From: Cetorhinus maximus | Taxonomy: Eukaryota | Assembly (NCBI RefSeq): GCF_964194155.1 | Contig: NC_135894.1 | Coordinates: 44,826,001-44,890,000 of the forward strand | Reading direction: 5' to 3' | Length of the DNA stretch: 64,000 nt | Part shown: in pieces, positions 49,481 to 62,192 of the stretch | Position numbering within the stretch: the stretch's first letter is position 1 | Layout: every line of letters starts with the position of its first letter | The notes under the pieces: generated by a model | The model's database searches: none | Told to the model about the DNA's origin: nothing | Seen by the model: the letters and a program-made list of their open reading frames with translations, nothing else | Translations under genes and position numbers: made by a program

Positions 49481-49900
49481 GTCAGCCATGTCTCAGCTAG
49501 CTTGACTTAAGTCACCAAGGTTGTGAGGTTAAGTCTCACTCCAGAGACTTGAGCATAAGAATTTAGGCTGATATTCCAGTTGAGTACTACACTGTCAAAA
49601 GTGTTGTCTTTGGATGAAATGTTAAACCAAGGTCCCATCTGCTCTCTCAGGTGAAAATAAAAGGTCCCATGGCACTATTTCTTAGAAGAGCCTGTATTGG
49701 CCATTGTTCATCCCTCAATTAACATCACCAGAGACAGATATTTTGGCCGTTATCATATTGCTGTTTGTGGTAGTTTGCTGCATGCAAATTGACTGCTGTG
49801 ATTACAATAATCACTACAATTCAAAAGTACTTCATTAGCTATAGGGCATCCTGAAGCCATGAATGTCATTACATAAGTGGCAAATCTTTCTTTTTTTCTT
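49481..49900 (+). mobile_element. Deu-domain SINE (SacSINE1/AmnSINE1/SINE3 superfamily)
   Basis: tRNA-like head, Deu core TTTGGATGAAATGTTAAACCAAGGTCCC...AAAGGTCCCATGGCACTATTT, tail TTCAAAAGTACTTCATT...TCTTTCTTTT. Confidence 0.8.
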
Positions 49901-52559
49901 CTTAATAATGACATCGATTATTCCTTATAATAATGCAGTTACTGTCCTGCGATATATGCAAAGAGCACAGTGGCATTAAAGATGTGTAGCATCTCAATGG
50001 ATGCCTGACATTGCAGATCTATTTTGAATGAGAATTTCCATTTTATAAGGGAGAATACAGAATGCTTTGCACATATTATTAAGTGGAATCTTTTCACAGT
50101 GAAGTCTTACATGCCAAAAAAATCAAGTGTTGGTGAATGTGGTTTTACTGACAGCTTGATGAAAGAGAGGAAGTAACAGTTCAAACCCAGTTACCGTAAG
50201 AGTCAGCTTAATTTGAAAATGAGCCCCCTTAGCATTGATTCAAAGACTAATTCAATAACACACTTTTTCCTCATTTAAGTCTGCCCTCAAAAACAAGATT
50301 GCAATGCTGAGGTTGAGAGGTTCTAGTAGATGAAGGGGAATGAAAACTTCCATAAAGTATAACATACAGACAAAAGCTGAGAAATCAGTGATCTGAAAGC
50401 ATGCCTTCCGATGTTGGTGAGATACCCAGGTCAAATTTGACATTGGGCTTCATTTGAATGAAACAGGCAAGCGGGTGTCAGGTATAGTTCCCTCCCCACC
50501 CCTTAGGGCTTTATGAATTCTATCCAGCTCTGACCCCAAGCTGATCTGCAGGTAGATCATGGAAGGGATGGGTAGCTCAGTTGCGTGGTGGGTGATAAAC
50601 TCAAACTGTAAGTGGTCTGCTGTATTTTGTGGAGCTGGGAGGAGCACTCCTGCTCTACAGAAGCCCAACTTTTAATATTTTTACTTGTCATTTCTTGAAC
50701 AGTCACCAGCTGTTCCTTTCAGGACAGCTGGTTACACCATTCAGACCTAGAACTACATGTAGGCTCGGCCCATTTGTATACAATTTTTAATTGGGGTCCT
50801 ATAACTGGCATTAGACCCAGATTTGCATATACAAATGGTCTAGTGGCCATTTCAGTTGAGTGCCCTGGAATCTGAAAATTTGCTTGCTTCCAATTTGATG
50901 GCCATTGTACTTCCAGGGGAGATTGGATCAGGAAATAAGCACCCAAAATTGTTTTCCTCAATGGTCAAATTTCTCCCAAAAAACAGACAAAACAATGCTG
51001 ATTTTCCCCCAATATTTCTGGGCAAATTATGATTGAAGCTATTGAATTCTATTGGTCTGCATGACATATTCTACAGAGCTGTATGAGATGAGCAATAGGA
51101 AATCGATATAAACAGGCAATGATTTCACTGTACAGAACCATTATTACCTGAGTTACATGGTAAGTGAAATCAGTTATTGGATTTAATTTTTTCATACATA
51201 TATATATATATGTATGCAATTATATCTGAGTAAAAGCAGGTTCCTTTATAATGGAATAATTTATTCATTGAAGAAAAATCACTACTGAATATATAATCTA
51301 CAAAAACAATTTTGTTTTAACTAAATGTACAAACTTTTCTTGATTCATGAAGCTCCCAGCTTTTATGTGCTGGGGCTTTTGATAATAAGGAGAATAATTC
51401 TTCTGAAATTGAACTGTCTGAAGTGAGTTGCATCATAATGTGTCACAAAAGCAGATAAAGAAAAATAATACTTGTAGTCTTTAACTGGTCAAGTATTCAT
51501 GAAAAATTGTGTCAATTTCCTAATGATCTGCTTGCAACTCCAAGCCTTGGTTTGTTTAATCTTAAATGGTGTAAGTTATGCTTAATACATTTAGTATTAC
51601 AAGGAATTAAGCTTAGAAAAACAGAACAATTAATTAAAAACAATTTCTGAATAGGACCTTGGAGGATTAAAGTGCTGAGTGTATAGTTCTTTCTGGATTG
51701 GGATGTTACAGAATGCAGTCGTGACTAGGAATATGAATGATGAGCTTTGTAGTTGAATGAGTCTCATGTGACAAGTCAAGATTTTGCAGGCTGAAGGGAA
51801 TTATTTAGAAAGGAGCTGAAACAGCAGCATAGAAATATTTTAAGTTGGTTGAGAATTTTGCTTGAATGCTATACATTACAAATCCCCCTATCAGGGATCC
51901 GTTGGTGATTGTCCTGTTTTTACACAAGAGAGAAACAACAATATTGAAAGGAGCCATTGTATTTGTTGAAATTTGTGGTCAATCTGAAAATCTCCTCATA
52001 GCTTGCTCTGCTAGATCTGTCTCAATAAAATCAATTGGAATTCCTTTTTCTTTCAAGTGCGTTACAATGACCTTCATTTAGAAAAACAAGAAAGAAAGGA
52101 GCTTATAAACTTTTAGTTAAACCTGTTAGAGGATTGCTGTAGTCATGACAAATCACTAATCAAGCACAAAAAGTGTTTGACACATTTTTCATTTGTCTCC
52201 CCTTTAATTATAAGATTTACACAAGTGAATGCATAAGAATTTGCAGTAACAGATTGTATGAATTGATATGGATCTGAATAGCAAACTCAAAGTGACTCAA
52301 ATTTAATTTGGTTATGTTATCAAAACTCTAAATTTCACCCAATTCAATTAAGTCAGTTTAAGGCTGTTCCTTAAAAAAAGACCCTTTGTCCATTTGCAGA
52401 AAGGCAAAATATCCCCTGCATCTTTCCTATTCTGTCAAGGCAGGCAATAAGTGAAATGTGTAGTTGCTGTGACAATGACAATTGCTGTTACTGATTTTTA
52501 CAGTTGTAAAATATTGTAGTTGTTCATCGTGGTAATATTACTGTATTAGCCTTTGTTGA

Positions 52560-52905
52560 CAAGTATAGCTATGTGATTCCAGAGGTTGTTTTCTTTGGAA
52601 CAAAGGAGATTGAGGGGCAATTTAATAGAGGTATACAAGATTATGACAGGATTAAATAAGGAAGACAAAGAAAAGTTATTTCCATTAGCCTCCAGTACAA
52701 GGACTGGGGACACAGATTTAGGTTTTCGGCAAGAGATGTGAGGAAGAACTACTTTATACAGCAAGTGGTAATGACCTGGGACTTGCTGCCCATGAGTGTG
52801 ATAGAAGTGGATATGATTAATAACCTCAAAAGGAAATTGAATGGGCAATTGAGCAAAATAAACCAACAGAGCTATGGGAATGGAGCAGGGAAAAGGGTCT
52901 GATGG
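52560..52905 (+). mobile_element. CR1 3' fragment
   Basis: LFSLEQRRLRGNLIEVYKIMTGLNK...TRTGDT on the + strand. Confidence 0.8.
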
Positions 52906-52914
52906 CTCTCCAGA

Positions 52915-53345
52915 AAGTCGGCATTTTCAATCCTTTTACCCCATCACCGCCCCCACCCCCACCCCACCCCCACAAGAGCAATCTGTTACTTGTTCATGTT
53001 GTTCTTTTCAGAGTGCTTACCCTTGTTCTGCCATTATCACATTCTGCTTTCTTACTTTTGCCACCATCAGCACCTTTTTTAGCCCCTGCCACTACCATTA
53101 ACATTCCCTTTGTCCTTTCGTACATGACATCTTTGTCAACCTCTCCTTTACCTCCACCTATCTCTGGCCTTCTATCCAGCTTCACCTGCTCCATCTCCCA
53201 TAAACAGTATAAATTTCATCACATTTTTACTTCTCTGTAGCTCTGAAGAAGGGCCATATGGACTTGAAACGACAACTCTGTTTTTCTCTCCACAGATGCT
53301 GTCAGACCTGCTGAGTTTTTCCAGTGTTTTCTGTTTTTCTTCTTA
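52915..53345 (+). mobile_element. Penelope-like element terminal (pLTR) region
   Basis: Pyrimidine-rich tract ending CTCTGAAGAAGGGCCATATGGACTTGAAACGACAACTCTGTTTTTCTCTCCACAGATGCTGTCAGACCTGCTGAGTTTTTCCAG; family assignment recalled from known fish and shark repeats, not from a search. Confidence 0.65.
53236..53280 (+). ncRNA. Minimal type-I hammerhead ribozyme-like motif (degenerate)
   Basis: CUGAAGA core (53243-53249), stem II AGGGCC-ATAT-GGACTT, GAAAC (53266-53270); stem III and cleavage triplet look mutated. Confidence 0.6.
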
Positions 53346-53675
53346 CCCACCCTTCCCTGCGCCTGACCCCCCCACTCCCCACCACAAGACCCCCCCTCCC
53401 CACCCCCCGCTCATCCCAACACTTACCTGGTCTTAGACTCTGAGACTTTGAACCTGTGAACTGCTTGTAGTCTCAGTCCTGGGCATTGCTGCCACTGGTG
53501 CTGCAGGGACTGCAGAGCTACCAGCCAATCAGATTGGCCTGCAGCTCTCCAAGCTGGGATATCCACCTGAGTGTGGGGGGGAAGTTCCTCCTCCAGCCAA
53601 TTAATGCTCCTTGGAGCGTTAGTGGCTTTGGGGCTGCTGTGATCGGTGGGCATCTGCATCCTAAAAACCCTGCCC
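53345..53675. mobile_element. Partial inverted copy of the 7591-8032 MITE family
   Basis: AGAGCTACCAGCCAATCAGATTGGCC; TIR-like end TAAAAACCCTGCCC. Confidence 0.6.
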
Positions 53676-53929
53676 TCAAGGTTTATTGCATAATGTTTTC
53701 ATTCTTCAAAGCTGTACTTCATATTCTGCCTTGAGGGACCAGACCTGAAACCAAATTCTAAGCTAAACTGAACACATTAACTAATCTCATGAACCTGTCA
53801 TGTGATACCTTATCGAAGGTCTCATCAAATATCTGGAATGAGCACTCCTCCTCTCCACAATATTTTCTCTCCTGTTCCAAATCTGCTTCAGTTATCACCC
53901 AATAATTTTCTAACTTCTTTCTGATATTA

Positions 53930-54290
53930 GTTATTCCAATCATTATCTTTCACCCATTCAATATCAATGTTCATCTAATTTCAATTAAACCTTTTCTTCA
54001 CTGCCTATAGTGCTTCCACATCCATCTTGACACATATTTCTTTCTTCTGAAATCTGTCTGTCTGTCATTATCCTACATTTGGAACTGTTTTCTCTTCTTA
54101 TACCTCAGAATCCATTTTGATTTTGTTGACATCACCCTTAGCACCTTGGTCCCGCTCCACATCCCTGTCAGTCTTTTTTCCATGCTCTTATAATCTGTCT
54201 CTAAGCATTAGCGCCCTTGTGAAACACTATAGAACTGTTTATTATGTTAAAGGAGCTAGTTAAAGGAGTTAAACAAGCAGTTGTTGCTGC
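53930..54290 (+). mobile_element. Old L2-type LINE 3' end
   Basis: Tail TGTGAAACACTATAGAACTGTTTATTATGTTAAAGGAGCT...AAGCAGTTGTTGCTG parallels 56515-56582. Confidence 0.5.
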
Positions 54291-54291
54291 T

Positions 54292-54602
54292 GATACAAAT
54301 AAACTATTTCCTCTGATGGGGAAACCCAGAACAAAGTTCTGATTTTAAAACTGTACCCCAAGTTATTAAAAGTGAAATCATGAAACATTTTTTTTTCACA
54401 AAGCATAGTAAAAACCTGGAACTCCCACCCCCAAATTGCTATGGATGCTGGATCAATTGGAATTTTCAAAATTGAGATTGATAGATTTTTATTAGGTAAG
54501 GATATCAAGTGATATGAATTGAACACATGTGGGTGTAAGGAGTTGAGGTACATATTGGCCATGATCAAATAGAATGGTGGAACACATGCAAAGGATTGAA
54601 TG
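54292..54602 (+). mobile_element. CR1 3' fragment
   Basis: AAACTATTTCCTCTGATGGGG...GAGATTGATAGATTTTT...GGCCATGATC..ATAGAATGGTGG; truncated at GAATGG. Confidence 0.8.
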
Positions 54603-55340
54603 GAACATCGGACTTAGGAGCAGGAGTAGGCTATTCAGCTCCTCGAGCCTGCTCCACCATTTGATAAGGTCATGGCTGATTTGGTTGTAGTCTCAACTCC
54701 AATTCCTGTCTGCCCCCATAACCTTTAACTCTCTTATCTATCAAAAATCTATCTAACTCAGCCTTGAGTAAATTCAATGACCCAGCCTCCACTGCTTCCT
54801 AGAGAAGGGAATTCCACTGACTATTGTCCCTGTGAGAGAAAAAAAATTCTCCTCATCTCCAACTTAAAAGGGAGATCTCTTATTCTTAAACTGTGTCCCC
54901 TAGTTCTAGTGTCCCCAACAGGAGGAATCATCCTCCCAGTATCCACCCTATAAAGTTCCTCAGGATATTTTAGGTTTCAATAAGACCACCTCTCATTCTT
55001 CTAAACTCCAATGAGTGTAAGCCCAACCTGTTCAACCTTTCTTCATAAGATAAGCTCTTCATCCTAGTAATGAGTTGAGTGATCCTTTTCTGGACTGCTT
55101 CTGACACAATTATATCCTTTTTCAAATAAGGAGACCAAAACTGTACAGAGTATTCCAGATTTGGTCTCACCAAGGCCCTGTAGAGCTGCAGTAAAACTTC
55201 CCTACTTCTATATTCTATTCCCCTTGCAATAAACACCAACATTTCATTTGCCTTCCTAATCACTTGCTAACTTTTATACTAATGTTTTATGATTCATATA
55301 CCAGGACATCCAGATCCCTCGGTACCACAGAGTTCCACAG
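54603..55340 (-). mobile_element. 5'-truncated CR1 LINE
   Basis: ORF 54970-55263 IRKANEMLVFIARGIEYRSREVLLQLYRALVRPNLEYSVQFWSP; intact 3' UTR. Confidence 0.92.
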
Positions 55341-55509
55341 TAACACAGAATGGTTTACTCCTGGCCCATGTTCGAGTAAAATTATAGTTTTGCTGTTTCA
55401 GGCTAACTTTAATTCCACAGAGGTTTTGGTAGATAATCAGAAAGGCACCATTGATATACAGATGATGAATGTTCTAATGTAAATGTAGCTTAATAATAAG
55501 TGCAGAAAA

Positions 55510-56582
55510 CATCTGTCTTCCTTCTCCTTCTAGATCTGTCTGTAGCCTTTAATACTGTAGCCTTTGTGAGACACCTCACACCATCCTCCTTCAAAGCCTC
55601 TCCTCCATTGTTCAGCTGGGCGGGACTGCTCTCTCCTGGTTCATTCTTACCCATCTATTCATAGCAAGAGTATCACTTGCAATGGTTTTCTTTCCTGCTC
55701 CCCCACTGCTACCTTTGAATTTCCCCAAGGATTGCTTATCCAGTATCGGATGAGCAGTAATTTCTTCCACTTAAATACTGGGTAGACTGAAGCCATTGTT
55801 TTTGGTCCTCATTCCAAACTCTGTTCCCTAGCTACTGACTCCATCCCTCTCTCTGGCAACAGTCTGACATTAAACCAGTCTGTTCACAAACTTGATATCA
55901 AATTTGATCCCAAGATGAGCTTTCAAATGCATATTCAAGCCACCATTAAAACCCCTGTAACATCACCTGACTTCGCCTCTGTCTTCAACTCACCTGCTGC
56001 TGAAACCCTCATTCATGACTTTGTTATCTCTAGACTTGACTATCGCAATGCACTTCTAGCTGGTCTCCCACATTCTATCCTCTGTAAACTTGAGGTTATT
56101 CAAAACCCCTGTTGCCCATGTCTTAACTCACAGCAAGTTCCATTTACCAATAAGCTCTGTGCTCATCCCAGCCAAGCAGTCTTATTTTTAAAATTCTCAT
56201 CCTTGTTTTCAAATCCCTTAGCCTCACCCCTCCCTATATCTGCAATCTCCTCCTGTCGCACAACTCTCCAAGATATCTGTGCTCCTCTAATTCTGGCCTC
56301 TTCAGCATCCCTGATTTTAATTGCTCCACCATTAGTGGCCATGCTTTCCATTGCCTAGGCTCTAAAGCCTGGAATACCGTCCCTATAACACTCTGCCTCT
56401 CTACCTTGCCTTCCTCCTTTAAGACACCCCTTAAAAGTTACCACTTTGGACCAAACTTTAAGTCATTTGTTCTAATATCTCCTTATCTGGCTTTGTGTCA
56501 TATGTTTTATAATACTGCTGTTAAGTGCCTTGGAACGTTTTATTACATTTAAGATGCTCTGTAAATATAAGTTTTTGTTGTT
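55510..56582 (+). mobile_element. L2-clade LINE, RT C-terminal half plus 3' tail
   Basis: LLLLDLSVAFNTV; AAETLIHDFVISRLDYRNALLAGLP; tail AAGTGCCTTGGAACGTTTTATTACATT...AAGTTTTTGTTGTT. Confidence 0.85.
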
Positions 56583-57159
56583 AATGGATAAAAATAAATT
56601 TGAGACATTAAGATTGTTCACTAAAGACCATGTTTTATATTGGTTATTTTTTGAAAAAAAAATTGTTCAAATTGTCTTTAAGTCTCAAGATTTAAATTTC
56701 CACAATTGGGATTTCACATAAAGGAAAGATATTACCATTCATTTAACTGTTATCAATATTTCAATAAAATTCAAGAAATTCTGTATTGTTTAATTTTTTG
56801 ATCCAATTAAATATTCATGCATTTTATACATACTCTCAGATAACGTTACCCCTAGCTTTGGACAGTATATGCATATCTATAGTTAACTTCAGAATTAATT
56901 TAATATTCTTTTTTAAGTGCGTTAAACAATTGAAATGGAATTAACTCATTGAATTAGTGGAGCAAATTAAGATATATTGGAGACAATGTTAAGTTCACAA
57001 AACCCTGTTTGGCACTGGAGAAATGGACAACATGCCTACAAATTTTGTGAGGCACCTCACCCTTGTGCTGAAGAGCATCTGATGCCATCTTCAGGCAGGT
57101 GCGTTTTGGTCATACAAGGTGCCCTACAGAAACTGGAGGAGCCTAATAACCAAAGAATG

Positions 57160-57660
57160 AAAGACTTGAATTTATATAGCACTGTTCACAACCACAAAAT
57201 GTTGCAGTGAACTTCACAGCAATGAAGTACTTTTGAAGTGTAGTCACTGTGGTGATATAGGAAACTCAGCAGCCAGTTTGTGCTCAGCAAACCCCCACAG
57301 ACAGCAATGTGATGATCACCTTTATTGTTACGTTGATTAAGATATTAGTGTTGGCCAAGAGACTAGGAATAATTCCCTGGTCTTCTTCGAAACAAGGTTG
57401 TGGGCTCCTTTACGTATATCTGAGATTTAATTTCTCAACTAAAAGACAGCACCTGCAAGAATGTCACCCTTAATCTTTGTGTTCAAGTCCTAGGGCAAAA
57501 TTTTCTGGTCCCGCCGAAAGTCAATGGACTTTTGACTTGGCCACTGAATCTCCTGTGGCAGGACCCTACATGATGGGGCTGGAAAATCCTGAGTGGGATC
57601 TGAATCCACAACTTTCTGAGTCTGAGACAAAAATGCTACCAACCGAGCCACAGCTTAGTC
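57160..57660 (-). mobile_element. Deu-domain SINE interrupted by a short MITE
   Basis: Reverse complement of the 49481-49900 family (AATGAAGTACTTTTGAA, AAAAGACAGCACC, GAGCCACAGCT). Confidence 0.75.
57493..57590. mobile_element. Single unit of the short MITE family seen at 44264-44521
   Basis: GGGCAAAATTTTCTGGTCCCGC..AAAGTCAATGGACTTTTG...GGAAAATCC. Confidence 0.65.
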
Positions 57661-57949
57661 AGCATGCTGGCCCTGTTTCTGGAAACAGGTCATTTACAGC
57701 TTCCTCAATGCTGTACTCACCCATTCTAAAACCCCCTTAACTGCTGGAAAGAATGCTGTACCAGGGTTATTTGAAGTGATCCATCCCAGCTACAGTAATA
57801 GGTAAGTATTTGGGTAATCATTTTAATTGGTAGTTGGACTTTGTGCCTATCTTTGCTGTGTTGGTTGCCATAGCTGACTACAAAATTGTGGCAAGATTTT
57901 TTTTGGAGCTGGAGTGCAAATTCTGCCCAGGGGCTTCAGCACAAACTTC

Positions 57950-59030
57950 CTATGGCTACATGGATGTGATGCTCAGTCTGCTATTAGAGATAGAAGACCA
58001 AGAGGCAGAAGACCAGCAAGCAAGAGTGAAAAGACTTTGAGGGGATAGAGGAATAGAGTTTGCAGGAGGCATTATCCCCTCATTAGTTTACTGGAGAAGA
58101 GCAACGTGCCTCCTGTTCAGTGAAGGGTGGTATGTCCAACAGCTCCATTTCACTAGGGAGGCTGCTGTTACAGAGCTATAACACCAAATGTAGCAGCAAC
58201 TGCTGTCCAGCACCAGCTCACACTGTTCATTGCCTGAAGGTGGCTATGGTTTTGAATTTCTATGCCTCAGGATCACTCCAGGCTAAGGAATTGAACATAA
58301 GCCCCTGTGCTCAATTTGCAGTGGATGTCTTTATCAAGCAAGTGGCAGATTTGTTCTTCTCCATAAGAACAAATTCAGTGAAATCCTAATGTATGCAACA
58401 CATTACAGAAATAAAGCTCTGATGGTGTATAATTAACTTTGCTCATATAGCTTTATGTGCCCCAGATTAAGACCTCAGAATGCACTTGAACAGAAATGGC
58501 TTCCTCTCTCAGTGTACAGCTGGTGTTTGAGGACAGGCAGCACATCCTGAGGGTCTGTGTCTGGTTCCCTGGAAATTGTCATGATGCCATTAATCTGTGC
58601 TAGTCTACAATGCCCCACACCCGCCTCACCAGCTCTTTTAACCCAGACAAGCTGGTAACAGACTGACTGTCTGGACACAAGGAATATCTCCTGCGCATTT
58701 GCCCCCAAATTTATATTAGGGACACACACACAGGCACAGAAGATGGCTGCAATCAGAGCCACATTTGTACCAGATCTTTGATTGAATAAACCAGCAATAT
58801 CCTAAAACAAAGGTTTCACTGCAAGGATTGGAGACGTCCTGCAATTATAATGGGGAGATGTACCATAGTCTGTGGCATGCTCTGTAATTTTGACCTGCAA
58901 AGGGGGCAACCCCTGGAGCAACCTGTGGAAGATGATGTAGAGCCACAGGAGCACGACACTGAGGAGGAACAAAGGCTAACAATGCTGCCAGCTTCAGAGC
59001 TATATGTTAGCAGACCATTGAGGAATGCCT
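57950..59030 (+). pseudogene. Highly decayed Harbinger transposase (third copy)
   Basis: LKVAMVLNFYASGSLQ...FIKQVADLFF; NRNGFLSLSVQLV; VCVWFPGNCHDA; CGMLCNFDLQRGQPLE plus acidic tail. Confidence 0.8.
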
Positions 59031-62000
59031 TGGCTGCGTCGCCCTCTCTCCATCTATATCAAATATTCCTCCTGTCAGATCTTCCAGCCTCTAGCCTCAG
59101 CTCAAACGCCAGCATGGCTATTTCTATCACATCACATGGCATATCAACAAGCACTAATCAAAGGAACCGCTGCACTCAAACAATTTGGTCAAAAATTGTG
59201 CTTTCAAATTGCCAGCAAAAGCATACAAGCATACTCCTTTGAGTTGCTGCCTACAACACAGGAAGTGGAAGGCTCCTGTGTATCTAATGAGGGTAGCTGA
59301 GATTGCTGTCATGCATGACATCAAGGGGCTCGGACAAATGGGGGTTCTGTTACAGACTGCCCAGAACAGTCTCGCTCAGCCAGCTTTCTGCTACCAGTGC
59401 TGATGGCTCGCTCATTAAATTAAAATCAGCCACTGTTTATGAGTTTCGCCTATGTCACTGGACAGTGTCGTGGACATCCCATATACATTGCACCCTGGGA
59501 CAATCTGGGTGTGAGTTTAAAACCCCCTCCATGTCCACTGCTTTACTGTTTGTACATTAATAAAGTAATAAATAAACTGTTTAAGTCTGTTTTGTTTCTC
59601 ACTGCAAACAACCCAAAATGAAGGTTTCTTTTGAAATTCAAAAGAAATCTAATTCTGAAAATATTAGTGAAAAATATTAGAAGTGGAATAAAATTCTACT
59701 GACTCTAGATGCAGTTTTACTTTGGTTGTGACTAATGGATTATATCTAAAAAATGTAAAAACCGTAATTTTTTGTTTAATAATGATATTGTCTGTACCAT
59801 AGGTTTTATTTACTATCAGATTGACTGATATTTCTATAAAACGTTTAACCCTATATACCACAATATAATAATTTTCCAACACAATAATAATTAATTTTTC
59901 AAAACCATAATTGGATTAATTAATGCTAAAAAGAGCAGGATAACATATGCCTGCTCCTTTGATAAAATCCTATTTTTAACCAAACGTTTGAGAGGGATGG
60001 ACTCTGTTTTGACCTAGATCGGAAGTCCAGCCCCTCCCTCCAATACCATTAGTCTGCCCTTAAACGGTAAGAAACATCACCTCCACCAGATATGATAGAA
60101 TTGGATCAGCCAGATGTGCAGGTGAGAGACAAGAACAAGCAGATCATTGCATAATTAGACTATCAAACTAATTGAGCTTAGAAAACATTTACTCAAAATG
60201 TGTACCAAATTTCACATTGTCTTTAGTTCCATAACTGCACATTTAAGGATACTTTATTTAAGAGAATTACACTTAAATATAGCCGTGGATATTTTCAACA
60301 TATTGTTTTAATCAATAGAAACATAGAAAAATTAAGCAACATTATTAGCTCCTAAAATTCTTGATTTTCCTTCAAAGTTAGGATACGGATTTCAAATCAA
60401 AAATTATGAACTGTTACGTGTTGATAAATTCTCTAATTCAATCTATTTTTTCAATCTAATTGCATTGAGCAAAATAATCTAACATATATATCTGAAAGTA
60501 AAATTATTTTGTTTTTGAATACCAAACATGAGCAAACTAATTTAAGCATTATATGCACCCATATTTCACCATCCTTATAGATTGCAATAATGATTTTACC
60601 TTGAATGGAACTCATGTGATGCATAATTAGTTCAAGTCATGACAAATTTGCGACATAGCTTTGTAAAAGCAACTTTTCTAAAACAAATTAAATGACTTTA
60701 AAGAGAGATTAATGGCAGCTCAGTGGAACTGGGCTTTGCTATGCTGTACTAGAAATGAAACATTGCCCAATTAGCCAACAGACCAACTATTTAAAGGTGA
60801 CACTTAACCTCAGTACACATCATTTCAATGCTTTGTTTTAAGTGAGGCTGATTGAAACAAAGCAAGATTGCAGGCAAGAAGTTACTTTTGAAAAAAAGGA
60901 AATATTTTGCCCACCAGTTTTAATATAACCTCTTTATTTAACCTCTTGTACTGTTTTTAAAGTTCTCTACCTGAATCAATCTGCCCATTAGTTGAATATT
61001 TGGAGCATACAATTTTCATATATACATCCTGAAAGTAAAGAATCCTTTGCTCCATTTATATCATTAGGCATTGCGCTCACTTTGCAGTGACTGAAAGAAG
61101 CCCTTGTTGGAGGCCTGAGCAGGGTAGTAGTGACAACTTTCTGTATCTCGGGGACATCTAAAAGATGCCAATCTGATATTAATTTGGGTCATTTCTCAGG
61201 TGTCCAGGGCTAAGGCATCAGACGGTGCAAAGGGGCATTTACATTAGCATATGCAAAGCACCTAATGCCTGTTATCAATCTAAAAAATTGATGCGGAGGA
61301 ACATGAGTTCTCCTCAAGAATTCACAAGAGCCCTGAGGAAAACTGCCGGCTTCAATTGCCCCGCCCCCCCATCCCCCAACTCCAGTTGTTCCACCTCCCT
61401 CGCTGGGAATTGCTCGACAAAACTGTTAGGCCTGAAATTTGTTTCTGCAGAAAGATTAACTGCCTGTGGAAGTGCGACAAGCAGCTCATCCAGATGATTT
61501 TCCTCAGGTTTAATGCCCAATTCTGGGTAGGTTTCAGGCCTCCTGGCTCATGTACCTATTGTGGCCACATTACCAATACAGTCTGCAAATATCACAGTGA
61601 ATTAACAAAATGAAAGTGAGAATGATGAAGTCTGATACAGTTTTGGTGGAGTGTTGTGTAACTTCAGTTTTTCAATACAAAATGCTCTCACATTCCTCCT
61701 GCTTTTAACACAATGGGAGTAAGTAAGAAGTATGAAACTTTTCAGGCATTCCATTGAATGTCTCAAAGTTTAATCTTAAGACCTTTAATTTTAGAAAAGA
61801 GCTGCCAGGATCATTAGTGTTTTTCTAACTCTAAAAATGTCACTAGCAGTTGGAGGGCAATAAACAGAGCTGCATGCATTCATAATAAGTTCATAAGTTC
61901 ATATTCACAGAGCTCTTCTTTCACTTAACAATGTGAGCAGACTATACACATTCACCCACATTGCTCTTGTGCATAATAGTATTTATAGTGACACTGAAGT

Positions 62001-62192
62001 TTAGTTAGTTTTTGTTTCTACACAGCTTTCTACACTTCTTAGCTGTCGCTAATTTAAGCCAATAGCTTTGGCTGGGGCATTATATGCTGTGTATCTCAAC
62101 ACAACTAGATTTGACAATATTACAAAATAATAGATATTTAACATACTGAAAAAAATATGCTGATTTCCTTGCACCAAGAATCTTGATATATA

